Positions 49,267 to 63,100 of a stretch of DNA of 64,000 bases are shown piece by piece. The notes under the pieces are model-generated. The model was not told the DNA's origin and did no database searches. It saw nothing but the letters and a program-made list of their open reading frames with translations. A program made the translations under genes and the position numbers. This DNA comes from Octopus sinensis. Taxonomy: Eukaryota. Where the stretch lies: assembly GCF_006345805.1 (NCBI RefSeq), contig NW_021836151.1, forward strand, positions 124,001-188,000. The letters run 5' to 3'. Within the stretch, counting starts at the first letter, position 1. Every line of letters starts with the position of its first letter.

Positions 49267-51563
49267 TTAATCTAAAAATCTCAAGAGAAAACTCTTGAGT
49301 AGTCTAGCTTCATAACTCACCGTGTTTTTGGCTGGATTATTTGATTTTTTACAATCAATATTGGCGGGAACTGTCTGGCCATATTCTTAAAATTATTCTA
49401 CAACAAATAACCCTCACAATTCTCCAGGAAAGCAATGCAATCCTCAATAATGATGTCTTTGATTATCACAAGTTGTCGAGTCAGGTGATTTATCAACGAT
49501 AAAAACGTGATTTTTGTATAAAACCAAGTGTCAACGGAAAGTTTTTTTTGATAGGGTTCCATGCTTTTCATCACTCTGGACAATCCAAACTCAAAATTGC
49601 CTTTAGAGCAGTAAAGTGTCCTAATAATGTGTCTACTGCCAAACCCGATGACTAGATTGACAATGCAGAGGTGATATATCCTCCTTTCTGGCTCCTCATA
49701 ACATGCCTGCAGTTCGTCCTTCTCAATCTTGCGCATAATTTCCTCTGCTTCCTCATTCCGGTTGATCATGATGTAAGAAACGCACAAATTGGCCAGAATT
49801 ATTGCACTTATGTCGACAGTCTGAAATGGAAATCATACAAAGTACGTTTTCATAGTTTTTCTTTACGATTGGTTCGTAGAAACTAATTGCCTCTTTGTAC
49901 TTTTCTTGCATAAACAGCACGTGAGCCACATTGAGTCGCCAGACTTCATTTTCGTTGCAGAATTCCACCGAAGAACGGAATATTCGTTCGACTTTTTGAT
50001 AGTTTTCTACATCCCAGTAAATTTTAGACTGCTGCATCAAAATTGGCAGAAATCTAATTATTTAATTCTCTTCTTACCGTTCCAAAGCCTCGTCATATTC
50101 GTCCACTTTTTTACGCAAAATTTCGTCACTTCTTTGAGAACGACATTCTTGTACCTAAAACTAAAACACTCACAACACCTCTTTGCCAAGTTGTCTTAAA
50201 ACATCCGTTTCTTGGGCTGCCAGTGCTTCTAGTTTTTTATAAGCTTCTTCTGGAGACTGTCGGCTTAGAATGGTCGCTTCAAGCAAGTTTCGCAAGTACT
50301 GGAGTGACTAAAACATTCATACTGTGCTCAAATAATGTTCCACGTAGTAGTCGTTGTCCGCCATCACGTCGGCAGCCACGTCGTAGTGCTAAAAGTGACC
50401 CAAACTTACAAACTCCGTATTTTAAGTATAAAATTAAAATATTGGAGAAGGTATGTTCGGGCCATGTGGGTTGCTGTAATAAATATTGGAATTTTTCAAA
50501 TCCTTGATTGGCTTGGGTGTCCATGTTGACCAGAGCTGTGTTGTGGAGTGTTACGGGGTCTAACTCTTCTTCTAAACGCGGAGGAATGTCTGAAATGGCT
50601 TCTTTGGCTGCTTGAACTTAATTTCCGTCAAATCATAAATCATTACTGTTGCTTAGTTGATATTCAATTGCTGCCTTCAGGTTGAATGCCTCCACTATTG
50701 CCGAATCGTAGAGAATTAGAGTTTCCAACACTCTGCATGTCGATTCCATCACTTGACGATCCTATTCCGAGTTCTACAATTTTTTGTAGAATAAGACCTG
50801 GGTGGTCTCTGATTCCCATTTCTACAATTTCTCCAACATGTCTTAAAGCCATTGCATATTGCTGGAGTTTGTAATGACAGACTGCCATGTTATATAGCAG
50901 TTCTGGAGTAGATCCATTGATAGAGACAGCTTTTTCAAAGTATTTCAGACTGTCGTGGTATCGGCCGTCCTGTGATTGTAACATGGGACTTACTTTGTAG
51001 CATATACATCCATATTTGAGGACAGAGTCGAGGTCGTTGTGGTTGCTTTCAAGTAATAAGGCCTATGTTTGAATATATTTAACTAACTCTACATGTTTGC
51101 AAATCATTTTTTGCGTAAAAAACAGCTAAACGAATTCTAAATGTCTTAGAATTAGGGTATGTGATTTTACTTCGTCTTTGAAATCCGATTCCTCCACTTT
51201 ACTCACCACTCGCATTGCCTCGTCATAGAAACAAGCATTTAGCAACGACTGTGCGTAATATAAACGATATTGGGCAGTTTTGGGATACAACTGGCTTAGT
51301 CTTTCGTACATATCAGCAGCCTGGACATAGTCCTGCATTTCATAATAGCAGTAGCCGAGGAGAGATAAGGCGGCACGTGACTGTGGTCAATGGCAATGGG
51401 GACCACCTTTGGATGCATGTCGGATATTTCGTTCAAAATGAGGACTGCTTCTTTGTACTTTTTGTTTTTTATCTGAGTATTTATAGGCTTAGAAATGTAC
51501 AAGTTCGTATATACAAAGAGTGTACTGGCCTTCTCTGATTTGATTCGTTTTCATTGTAGTCAT
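49267..51563 (-). CDS. TTC30: Intraflagellar transport protein 70 (TTC30/Fleer/DYF-1), TPR protein
   Basis: QIREGQYT N-terminus; YRLYYAQSL; GIRDHPELGIG; IPPRLEEELDPVTLHNTAL; WRLNVAHVLFMQEKYKEAISFYEP; YHLCIVNLVIGTLYCSKGNFEFG; NTVSYEARLLK. Confidence 0.95.
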
Positions 51564-51692
51564 GGATATATTTTTATTTTATATTTAATATCTTATTATT
51601 TAAAATTATTTTATTTTGATTAGATTTTTAATTTGTTTTAAACACACAAATAGTATATTTAACAATTTGAATTAAATTGTTCACGTTATCAC
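51564..51692. promoter_or_regulatory. Putative bidirectional promoter between TTC30 and GEMIN8
   Basis: 129 bp of very AT-rich DNA between divergent ATGs; inferred from position only. Confidence 0.5.
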
Positions 51693-52258
51693 ATGTATTG
51701 GACCCACGTTAAGGAAATGAGGAAATGGTTCAGAGTAAATTCTGAAATGAACCAAAAACAAAACGTCAAGTTAAAAAAGTCTCCCGACCCGACAGATTTT
51801 GCTGAAGATATTCAAATTGAATCGAATCAGAACTATGAAATGGACTTGGAAATAGAACAAGACTACAGCGACCAACAAGAACTATTGTTAAGTGAGCAAA
51901 TGAAAGAATTTATTACACAAATTGATACAAAAATAGATGGTATTTATTATTATTTAAATAATAATAAGATTCAGATGAGATTGAAGTTATAAAAATGTCT
52001 CAGGGTAGTATTTGTAATGTATGGATATTAGTTGACATGTTCAATGTAGTGCACAGCGAGGCAACTCCAGTTATACAGCCAGGAAAGGAAAGAGAGCAGG
52101 AGTTGATTCAAATTTACGGGGACAATAATACCACAAAGATGATTCACGAATTTGAGACGGCCATGAGGATGACTTTTGACCGGATTTACGATTCACACAA
52201 TCCTAAGCTGTGGCCTGCCATTCCAATTAATATTCCAAAAATACATAAAAAATTATAA
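51693..52258 (+). CDS. GEMIN8: Gem-associated protein 8 (SMN complex)
   Basis: YWTHVKEMRKW N-terminus and PGKEREQELIQIYG..IHEFETAMRMTFDR..PKLWPAIP C-terminus match the GEMIN8 pattern; two short introns. Confidence 0.8.
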
Positions 52259-52498
52259 AATTTGATTGAAATTATTTTTAATATTTGTTAATGTTTTGTC
52301 CAACAGTTGTTAAGAATCCATTCACTTTATTCATCCACAAATATTGCTCTTATTAATAAAATGAAAAAGAAACTAATTAATTTTTTTTAAGTCCAGAGCT
52401 TTTCATCCACAAAAAGTAAATGGTTTGTTTTATATTTATTACTTGATTTTTTATAACCATTTTGAATAATATTTGGGGTTAAACTTCACAAAGAATTA

Positions 52499-53774
52499 CA
52501 GCAAAACCTCTGGTTCGCCACCTCTGTTACTCGCCACCTCTATTGCTCGCCACATATTTTTCAAAAAATTAAAAAATTCTAGTAAATTTTGATAAATATT
52601 CTATTGCTCGCCATTTTCTAAATCTCGCCATTAATTTTTAAAAATATTTTTTTTGGTTAAACTATTTTTTATATAAATATTTCAACCACGCTAAATTCAA
52701 CATGCATAAGTGCACAAGATTGTCTTTTAATGAAAAACATCGCATTATTACGTACATGGAGGAGAGCAGAAGTCTCACGATGGACCGTATAGCTTACATT
52801 TCTTCTTCTGTTTTCAAGAAAAAATATCTCGAAGGGCTGTGAACGATTTAAGACTTGGAAAAGAGAAAATAATGTCTACTGATCCTATTTTCTCCAATAA
52901 GAAGAGATTGTCTAACTTAACTTATTCTGTTATTGATACCGAACTATTAACTTGGATGGAATACATTGAGCTTATATGGGGTTTTCTGGACGATAATTCA
53001 ATTTTGTTGAAAGAAAAGAACATTGCTAATATCGATGCCCATCACATAAACTTTAAGCTGATTTAGAGTCAATTGAAGTTCTTTACCTACCTTCGAAGAC
53101 TACAACAATTTTACAACCAATGGATCAAGGAATCATTAGATCCTTCAAAGGACATTTTAATAAACTTAAATTTGAGTTTATGTTAGAAAAAATTGAAAAT
53201 GGAGAAAATCCACTGGAAACTCATAAAAAATTAACCTTAAAAGATGGTCTTTTTTTTACATATTTTGCCTGGAAAAACCAACTGTTGAAATTGATAATTA
53301 TGATCAAATGGTAAATATCTTGAAAATATTGGACCCGGCGGATAAAGATGATTGATTAATACCTTAATAGAACGACAAAAATATGACGATGAAGATACGA
53401 CGAATCTCATGTGAATTTAGAAGAGGCTTTGAAAATGTTGAAAAGAATAAAGTCATTCTTTTATCAAAATGAAAATTTTGATATAAATTTGTTGGAACTA
53501 ATCGACACCGTTATTAGAAACATGGCTGAATTAAAAAAAACTATTAAAGATTTTTTTAGTTGATTTTTTCCTTTTAATTTCTTTCGATTCTCTTTGTTTC
53601 TTTGCTCAAATATGACTTGGAAGGCTCACTTATGATCGGAAAGTATCGAAAACCGAGATGTTTTCAAAATTTCAAAGTCAAAAAATTTATTGATTATTTC
53701 CATTGCTCGCCAAATTCTATTGTTTGCCATTTTTTCCTCGGTCCCAAAAATGGCGAGCACCAGAGGTTTTACTG
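52499..53774 (+). mobile_element. Tigger/pogo element, degenerate
   Basis: TIR CAG(C/T)AAAACCTCTGGT..TCGCCA, TA TSD; TTILQPMDQGIIRSFK motif; related to 28540-29798. Confidence 0.88.
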
Positions 53775-54329
53775 TATCATATTTAATTATTCATGAATTT
53801 GTTGACATTTTGAAAACACAGCGCTGGCATCATATATCTTATTGAACCAAATTTGAACATGTTTTTTAAACTAAATCTTTTATTCCAAATCGTTCGTAAC
53901 TTCTCTTTTTCGTTTAGAAAGCGATTATGTTGGCAATTCTCTTCCATTTTTATTTACCATTGTTTTTATTACATGCAAGAGGTGCGACCTCAGTAAACAT
54001 ACCAGAGTCAAATAAAATCACAATTTGGAATTCCCAGACAAGAGGTTATAATTTTTAGTAAAAGAATTTTAATAAATTGGAATCATTACTAAAAAATCAA
54101 ACTCCATCTTTGAATAAGCAGACAAGTGATATTTCATCTTTTATTGTTGAACAATTTTATAAATATTTTATGGGTCTGGGTGACAGCAATGACAAGTAAA
54201 ACTAAAGCACACAAATTCGAAGCATTGAAGGAGATTTTATACATTGGAAGGCTCGTCTCATGTCACGGATTTTCGACCTCTTTGGTTTAATCGAGACACA
54301 AGAAATGTGGCATCTTTAAATAAATATGC

Positions 54330-54939
54330 TTAGAAAAAGATATTTCCGCCTAATCAAGCACTCCTACGACGTAGAACACTTCACTTATCAGATTTCTACT
54401 CGTGAAACACTGGGATGGGTTGTTATGACCAAATTGTAGTATTTATGACTCCTACAACCCCTTTATGTGGAGGAATATGGACAGACTGAGACTCGGTCGT
54501 GGGGGGAAAGGATTTTCTTTCCTGCAAGTTTTGATTTGACTGTGCTAATTGTCTTAGATATACTGCAGGGGACCATATTTGGATTTATCCTACTAATAAC
54601 CCGTCTGTGGTAAAGAGACTGGGAGAGATCCTTAATGTGGATCTGGATCACGTCTTTACATTTGAGAGCATTGATGGTGGGTCTTATTTCTTTATGATTT
54701 TAGATGATTTAAAGCATAAAAATACATTTTCCTGCCTGACCACCTACCGAGCAGCACTATTACACTATGTTGACATAACTTCCCCCTTAGAAGAGAGGTC
54801 TTGGAGATCCAACTTTAAATTACCGAAAAGGCCTTCTCTGGCTATAATCATGATCGGGCCAGGGACCGGAATCGCTCCTTTTTGGGTTTTTGAGGGAGAA
54901 ACAGGCCAGGAGAAAGAATCAGAGTTTGACGGATTTTAA
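54330..54939 (+). pseudogene. POR: NADPH-cytochrome P450 reductase fragment with internal deletion
   Basis: [31 protein letters not shown] joined directly to [23 protein letters not shown]; short introns retained; frameshifts. Confidence 0.75.
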
Positions 54940-55559
54940 TTTTCATAAAGAATTCGCGAAATCATAGAATCAGACTCGAGAACAACCACAAAAGTTGCCT
55001 GCGCAGTAAAATAGATAAGTGTACCCGTCAAAGACATTGACTCGGACTATAAGAAAAGGAGAATCGACTTAAAGCAGAGGCACTGATTAAAAAAATAATA
55101 TTATGTAGATTTTTTAATTTTGTTTATATATTTAAATTTTGAACCAAAGAATTAGTAAACAAGTGATTTTTTCTGCTGTCATTGAACAGGAATCATTTTT
55201 AAAAACCAAATTCTTTACATTGTTTAAAATATTTATTCAAATTTTTTGAATTCGTCTAAAAAGCTAAAATCAGAAAAAAGTAAAGAATTGCCCAGTTAAA
55301 TCACAGAATAAGATATAGACGAATAAAACAATTACTGTCCATATGTTTTTTAACATGAACCCATTAAAACAAGCCAAAATAGGCTTTTGATAATTTTCAG
55401 GAATGGAATTCTAATTAAATGCTCCAAATAGAAAAATATAAACTTGAATTGCCGAACTTTTTTTTAATGTTTCTCACTTTTTTGATAATTCACCAGGCTC
55501 TCTCTACACAGAGATATAATGACACGGAATGCATTGTTTTGATATTTGTTTAATATTTT

Positions 55560-55925
55560 AGGGTGAATTAACCCGTTCGTTAATACAATTCGTTTCTCAT
55601 ATTGATCTAAGTAAAATTGATAGGAATATTTCTATCGATTGTGGGGTAGGTTACGTTCCTATAACTAATTGTAGAAAAAAATACATAATTTGATTCATGG
55701 AGGAGGCTCTGATATTGGTAAGTTTATTACTTTTCATATCTAGTGCCAAATATCGATGGTATCTATCCTCTAGTATGTTATTATATTTTTAAATTGCTAG
55801 GAAGTGGCCCTTGAATACTGCATTAACTGCTTATATGGTAATATCACAGAGAAAGGTTACGAATTAATTAAATTCCAAGGATCCTCTGCCACACCATATG
55901 AAACATACTTCTTTAAATTGGAGGT
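55560..55925 (+). pseudogene. Unidentified micro-exon gene fragment
   Basis: Series of 24-40 nt GT..AG segments separating short exons (EVALEYCINCLYGNITEK|GSSATPYETYFFKLE). Confidence 0.3.
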
Positions 55926-56499
55926 AATCAAAAGCATATTTATAACAGGTTGATTATTATAACGTGATTTTAAATCATTGTTCGGAGAATATCGAGATGA
56001 ATAATTTTACCACCTCTTTTTTGGAGACTTATTTTCAACAAATAATAAATATGACAGTAATATCTTAACAATATTGCAGAACGCCGTAAAAAACCATCAA
56101 TTATATAATGAAGAATCGGACAACGCTTATTTGCAAATATTAGTTTAGTTTTGTTTTTTAATATTATAGAGATCAGTATATATAAAATCATTTTACCTGA
56201 GAAGTGCTTTAATATACTTTTTGGAATCACACGGATACATTCTTTGGCAACGCAGCCGTAATTAACTCGATAATTTCTCGATAATCCGAAGCTTACTATA
56301 ATCTGTTAATAAATTTTTTTTGTGCAAAACAGTATTTAAAAGTAGTCCACGAAAGAAGGAAAATATTTTTTTAATAGAGGCTGTTAGTAGAGGGTAGATA
56401 AAGACATCTGCATTCCTGCCTTTTTAGTCCCGCACACACGCTCGCCTCTCAGCCACAATATGACTTACCGCCTGACTTCAGCAAGAAAGCTTGACTTCA

Positions 56500-57030
56500 G
56501 CAAGGAACTTATATCTAAACAACATGGAAATCCCCTTTAAAAAATCCCAGAAAATCCTCGGCGTGACTTACGATAGTCATATGTATTTCTCCCAACAAGT
56601 TGAAAATGTTACTACCAGTTGCATGAAGAAACTGAACATCTTAAAAGTGTTTCTCCGAAAATGCAAACAATGGATCAGCTTCCCCACATGCCAATCAATA
56701 TACCGGCAATACATCGAACCCTCCCTTAGTTATGCTTTTGGGGTGTGGGGAGGGTTTGTCAGTGAAACGAACCGCGTAAAAATCGAAAAAACTCAAGAAA
56801 GTTTTCAGAAAGCACAAGGACTGAATGAACATCTATTCATCGCCCCATTTAAAGAAATCTTGGAAAGAAACCTCCGGTCTATAGGCCCTAAAACTCCACC
56901 ATCACGCCTTAACAGAAATTGTGTCGGGACTAGGGAGGAGCCCCGGGCAAAGATGAGGACCCTCCTCAGAGAAGCCGGGATCACCTGATTAATTAGTTTT
57001 ATGTTTTGGACGGTGATTTTGGTTCTAATA
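56500..57030 (+). mobile_element. LINE RT C-terminal fragment
   Basis: ILGVTYD..KKLNILK..IYRQYIEPSLSYA; same family as 39085-39380. Confidence 0.7.
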
Positions 57031-57249
57031 ATAAGTGTCAAATGGCGAAAGAATTGCCCATTTTTTGTAAAACTGCATTTGAATCAATACTTGCATTCCA
57101 AACTACTTATTACTGTAAAATGGCCACGTCATGTCTGACTTATGTTAAAGCAAAATATAGAAATAAGACAATTCTTGTTGTTACGTGCATGTTTGTTTCT
57201 ACTGGGTTTAATGAAACATTTCCAATGGACCTATCTACGAAAGATAATG

Positions 57250-58500
57250 AATGAGAAACCAATAATAACGTAAATTGTGTGGTCCGTGGGCAGCTTGGAA
57301 CGCAAGAATCTGATATTCCCCCTCCAAATTCGGTGTTGCAACCGGATTGTCCTGCTAATCTGTTAACTCTATGGGCTATCATCGATCAAGTAACGCAGGT
57401 GGACATGATCAAATGGGCGAATGAAGTGGTTAACGTTTCTAGAGCAAGATTCAAAAGAATACCACGTGGTGGATGGCCTATGATTACTCAGGCTTTTAAC
57501 GAAAAGTTCCTCACGTCCAAATCTGTGGCGAACGTGAACAGTCTGGCTAAGATGACGGGAACAAAGTCTAACTCTCCAATGGATCAAGAAAAGAATCACA
57601 AGACTGAGATCTCTAATTTTAGAGATTGCTCAATTGAATTTTCTTCCCGAATAGAGCAAGTAAAATCTATCTCTCAAAAAAAACGAAAGCCGACCAAAAA
57701 AGTCCCATATCAACTACTTAAAAAAAATATTGTCTGGAATAAATGCAGTGATTAATGAATATATAAAGACCAACCCTCCTGTCAATTTGAATGATATCAC
57801 CGATATCATTTATGCTGCACAGCTGACATACCAAGCTCTTACAAAATACTCTCCTAAGAATAACAACTGGAAAGGAATTATGGAAGCAAAACTAATTAAA
57901 CTTAAAGAACAATACCAACAGACTAATACACTTATTGATCAAAAAGGAAGCTTGAAGTTTGATAATGCAACGAGGGATACGCTGAGTGAATATGGATATC
58001 GAAAGGCAAAGAAAGGAGAACTTGGAAGAATTTCTGCTTGCATTGGAGACGAAATAAAGATTGTTGAGAAAAAAACTTCGACTCCATGATGCAAGAAAAG
58101 AATTTCGGAAACAGAATTGGTTCTTTGAACTGAATCGGCGTTGTTTCTATCGCAGTTTAAATGATGAAAAAAAGAGTGCAGAGTTTATGTTTAATAACAG
58201 TGAATGTTTATCATATTGGAAAAAAATATGGAGTAGAAATGAGAAGAGCGATAATGTGTTACATATTAACAAGAGAGTGACATGGGCAGAGGATACATTT
58301 GCAGAGTTTAGTAAAGAAAGCATCCTTGAAATAATTAAACAACTCCCAAACTGGAGAGCTAGCGGTTGTAATGGGGTGTATAATTTCTTTCTAAAAAATT
58401 ACCTCAATTCATGATCACTTGTGTGAAGAACTAGTCAAGATAATCCATGGTGAATACACACCGGATAAGTGGTTCTACACTGGAATCACATATCTCATCC
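57250..58500 (+). mobile_element. R4/Dong-like non-LTR element, N-terminal to RT start
   Basis: RKQNWFFELNRRCFYRSL, IKQLPNWRASGCNGVYNFFLK, WFYTGITYLIP; frameshifted and truncated. Confidence 0.7.
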
Positions 58501-58879
58501 CACTGTATATGCGACTAAATCTGCAACTTTTGACTTTTGTGAAAATTGTGACTTTTCCAATATAATCAAGTTTGAGGACATTTACATAACGGGTTGAAAT
58601 GCTACATATATATATTACAGGTATGTGCATTAAGAACACGGATGTCAGTCTCATACACCACAATGGAATCAATTTGTGAGATACTCTGGAAACTTTTGTA
58701 ATTTTAAACAAATCATCTCGTCACATTATTTGAGTCCTGACCAAATTCAGCGAGCCTGGGAACATTTAATTAATAAGGATAAAATATGTGATTAAAATGA
58801 TTGATTTGTGTTGATAATTAAAATAAAAGAGTAGTTAATCGTACATCAAAAACATTGAGTTTAAAATTTAAGAAAATTC

Positions 58880-61800
58880 ACACCAAGAAAATTTTTCAAT
58901 GACCAAAAACCTCTCCTAAACCGAGAAATAATCAACCTTATTCAAGAGAAACTTAAATTCAAAATCGTGTCTAAACAATAAACACAAAAGAAAGAAATTC
59001 CTCGAACAAGCAAACACTCTCATCAACCACTACCAGAAAATTAGCCAAATAAAATGAACAAAAATAACCGCAACCGAAGTCTCTTCTTTGACAAGAAAAA
59101 ACACTCAGATCTAATTACTATTTCTTTTGATAAATCTGCAAGCGGATCAAAAATGCAAAAAAACTCACGCGCCAGGGGACCTAATGGCCTCCACCTAAAG
59201 AATTTAGATTTATGGGGGCTGAAGGCGCTATCAAATATTATGAATTCATCATTAAATTCTTTTATAATACCTATGAAATAAAAAAATCAATCATCATTCC
59301 AATCCTCAAACCAAACAAGGATTTATGTAAACCTGAATTGTTTAGACCAGTGATTCTTAACGGGGGCGCTGGCGCCCCCCTGGGGGCGCTGGAACATATT
59401 AGGGGGGCGCTGGAATTTTAATTTTTTTAATTATTATAAATTTTTATATTAATTTTTGTAAATCATTATCACGTGCTTTTCTATTAATTCTAAATTCAAA
59501 TTGTCTTGTGTGTACGTAAAAAAAATTATTCACTGATAATATTTATAAATATTTGTTAATTGTATTTAATATTTTAGAACTTTTTAATAAATATTTTAAT
59601 TATATTTTATAGATGTCTGATAAAAAAGTAAAACGACGTATATATTCGGATGAATACCTAAAGTTTGGAGTGATACCCTACGACCATAACAATTCACTTC
59701 CAATGTGTCTTATGTGTAAAAAGGTCTTTACAAATGAAGGAATGAAGCCTTCAAGAATGCTAAATCATCTTAAGATTGTCATCCTGACAAACTTGATGCG
59801 GATATCAATTATTTTTCTAATCTGAAATATAATTATGAAAATCGTCTTATGATTAATCAACTATTTACAAAAATTCGAAGATGCTTGAAAAAGGCCTATT
59901 AGCATCATACAAAATATCGCAATTGATAGCGAAATCAGGAAAACCTCATACTATTGGAGAGTCATTAATATTACCAGCTATCAAAGAAGTGTTAAATTCA
60001 ATGGTTGATTGTGATTCTGAACAAATAATTTCATCAATTCCTTTGAGTAATAGTTCTGTTTCTTCCAGAATTGATGAAATGGCATTTGATATCGAAGAAA
60101 CCCTATGTGCATTTTTAAGAACAACAAAATTTTCAATTCAGATTGATGAATCGACATTCAACGATAGTGTTGCACTTTTATTAGTTTACGTACGTTATAT
60201 TAATCAAAATGATGTAATTCAAGAAGAATTTTTATTTCTGAACACCTTGAACTCGATACAAGAGGATTAACAATTTTCAAAACGATGAGCATTATGAACG
60301 ACTTCTTTTGCATACCCATGTTAGATGGCTTTCAAAAGGAAACTGTTTGTGTCGATTTTTTGAATTGTATGATTCAATCTTAGAATTTTGTCAGTTACAT
60401 GAGCAGAGAATTTTTAGGTAATTATGAGCAGAGAATTTTTACTACAAAAATTTGGGGTTATTTTTTGTAATAATATTTATTAGGTCGAAAAATTAACGGA
60501 TTCTGACTGTGAATGCTTTTGCTTGCATCTAAAAATGTTAAAAGATGACATGAAAATCCGCTTTGAAGATTTAGAAAATTTAAAATTTTTTGATTGGTAT
60601 ATAAATCCATTTGAAACTGAAAACGTTAATTTATCTCAAGAAATAACAGAAAATTTATTAAATCTGAAATATGACTTTGAAGCTAAAGTCATTTTCAACA
60701 AATATGGATATCAACAATTCTGGGTTACTCATAGAAAAAATATCCTTTATTGTGGAATGAAATTGAAACACTTATAATAGCATTTCCTTCAACATATCTA
60801 GTTGAAAGAGGATTTAGTGCAGTCTCTAATATTTTGACCAAAAAAAGAAATAAATTACAAATTGTGAATAGAGGAGATTTGAGACTAAGTCTGTCGACTA
60901 TTGAAGCTGACATAAAACGATTGACAAATTCCCATCAAGCACAAGGCAGTCACTAAAATTTTTTTATATAAAAAAGTTTGGTTTGTGAATACCCTTTTTA
61001 ATTCTAAAAAAATAATAAGTAATATTCGAAAATATTAAAATGAAACAATTGGCGAAAAAATTGCCAAATAAATCTATAATTGAAAAAAAATAAATTAAAT
61101 AATAGGGGGGCGCTGAAATTTTGAAGCTTCGAAATTGTGTCAAAAGGGGGCGCTGACTTAAAAAAGGTTAAGAACCACTGGTTTAGACCGATCTCTATCT
61201 TCTCCATAATTTCAAAAATCCTCAAAAGATTAATTCTTTAGTTAATCAAGCACACTCAAATTTTCTGAACGGCGACAGTTTAACCCCTGATCTACATAAC
61301 ACAACAAAAAACTACCCACCCTCAAAAATTTAAGAATTTTGTGGGTCATCTTTGACTAATGCCTCACCTTTTCTCAAAACATTGACTTCACATGCAGTAA
61401 AGTAAAGCGCAAACTAAACGCCCTAAAAGCCATATCGGGCCAATTCTATAGTCAAGTAATAGAAAGCCTATTAATTGTATATAAACAATTTGTTCGAACA
61501 TCCCTGAATCATGCCACCCCATGCTGGTCTTGAAATGTATCCATTACGAACTTAAAAAAACTTCAGCGCCTCCAGAAAGCTGGCTTGCATACAGTCACTG
61601 GATGTCTTCCATCAACGCCTATCAACCACATCCACTGGGAATCCAGGATCCTCCCCGTCTGGCATCACTTGGAAATTTGTGGATTACAATTCCTCAGAGA
61701 TCCTAGACACCCAACAACATTGTGTTTCCCTGTGAAAAAAACGAAAGGCATATCATCTCCACTCTTCGGACCAATTGAGACCACTCTTAAAAATACCTTT

Positions 61801-61900
61801 TCCGAAAAACAGATCAACCATGTCCAAACAGATAAACAATCAAATTTCCATTCAGGGCATCAGATCATTCGAACACAATAAACTACTAGACTTTGTATAT
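58880..61900 (+). mobile_element. Degenerate Jockey/I-like LINE RT split by a hAT element
   Basis: ARGPNG..IIIPILKPNKD..FR|PISI resumes after the hAT TSD; VTGCLPSTPINHIH. Confidence 0.65.
59348..61180 (+). mobile_element. hAT (Buster/Charlie) transposon, internally deleted
   Basis: TIR CAGTG(A/G)TTCTTAAC, TSD GTTTAGAC; YSDEYLKFG..PMCLMC, KPHTIGESLILPA, QIDEST, FPSTYLVERGFS, QAQGSH*. Confidence 0.93.
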
Positions 61901-62574
61901 CGATGGATCCGAATCATTTCTAAACAGGAAAATCCATATACACAGGAGTCCGCTCAGTCCACCATCCCCTCTTCCAAGACCACATCACTCCGTGCATCCA
62001 AATGTCTTTTCTTATGCCCTGGGCTACCTCAATCGTCTCCCATCACGGGCTAATTTTTAAAAATCCGTTTTTGAGTTCAGAAACTGATTTCTAGTAATGA
62101 CAACAGAATTATGCAAGTGATTGAAGTTAAACTTTAAACTTATATCACTCAAAAACTTATTAAAGCATTTGATGTCTTGTGATTGGAGTTAAACTTTCAA
62201 AAATGCTAACTAAAAACATATAAATTTCCAAAAAGGACATTTTTACAACGGGAAAATATTTTTGGAGGCCTCTTTGGCAGCTGGTTATTTCAGATGAACT
62301 TTTTGCCATTCTCCAAGGAAATTGTTTTCAATTTGTTCGCTGGCCTGTCTAAATTAGTTCTAATTATCTGTCTATTATTTTTATTACTTTTTCACAGTTT
62401 TTTTTTCGGCAAAAGATATTTATTTATTGGAACGAGAGAATTGATCAAGCTTTACATAGATAAAACGCCCATTAACTGGAATCGAACCACTCCGGTGTCA
62501 ACCGGCCACGGGTTTGAAGCCCGTACCTTGGACACCAAGGATCAGCTAGGCGTAAATAGTTGCAGAAAAAGAAA

Positions 62575-63100
62575 AATATTTATTTAAAAAGAGCTGTTAA
62601 TAGAGAGTAGATAAAGACCTTTGCATTCCTACCTTTTCAATCCCGCACACACGCTCACCTCTCAGCCTTAAACTGACTTACCTCCTGACCTGCCACCCAG
62701 ATATTATCTTCTCTAGGACCTCAGGGAGGCCTTTGAGGGACAATTCCTGAGTATCCTTGAGCTTCTCTCGCAATCCAAAATCATGGGCTAACCGGATGGC
62801 TCGTCTTCTAGCTTTCTTGAGCGCATCAACGTACTTCTCCCTGTCCTTGCAGAAGTTCCAGGCATGTAAGCCATAGGTCAAGACGTCAATGTCGGCCAAT
62901 TGTCATCTCCAGGAGTTGAGCAAACGTAGAATGGAGTTGACGGTCTATTCTCAATCACTGCTTGACAAACCCGATCAATAACTCGTCTATGGGGTCCTGT
63001 ACATAAAATGTATTTTCGCGGAGATATCCTTTGTGCGTGAGTCCGAGCTCCAATGCCCTGTCCTCTGGCATGAGGAGACAAGTTGAGGTCTTGTCGGCGA
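62575..63100 (-). mobile_element. LINE 3' end; its 3' UTR is shared with ~56360-56485
   Basis: LTYGLHAW..LKKARRRAIRL; shared block gctgtta.tagag.gtagataaagac..gcattcct..tcccgcacacacgctc.cctctcagc. Confidence 0.65.
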
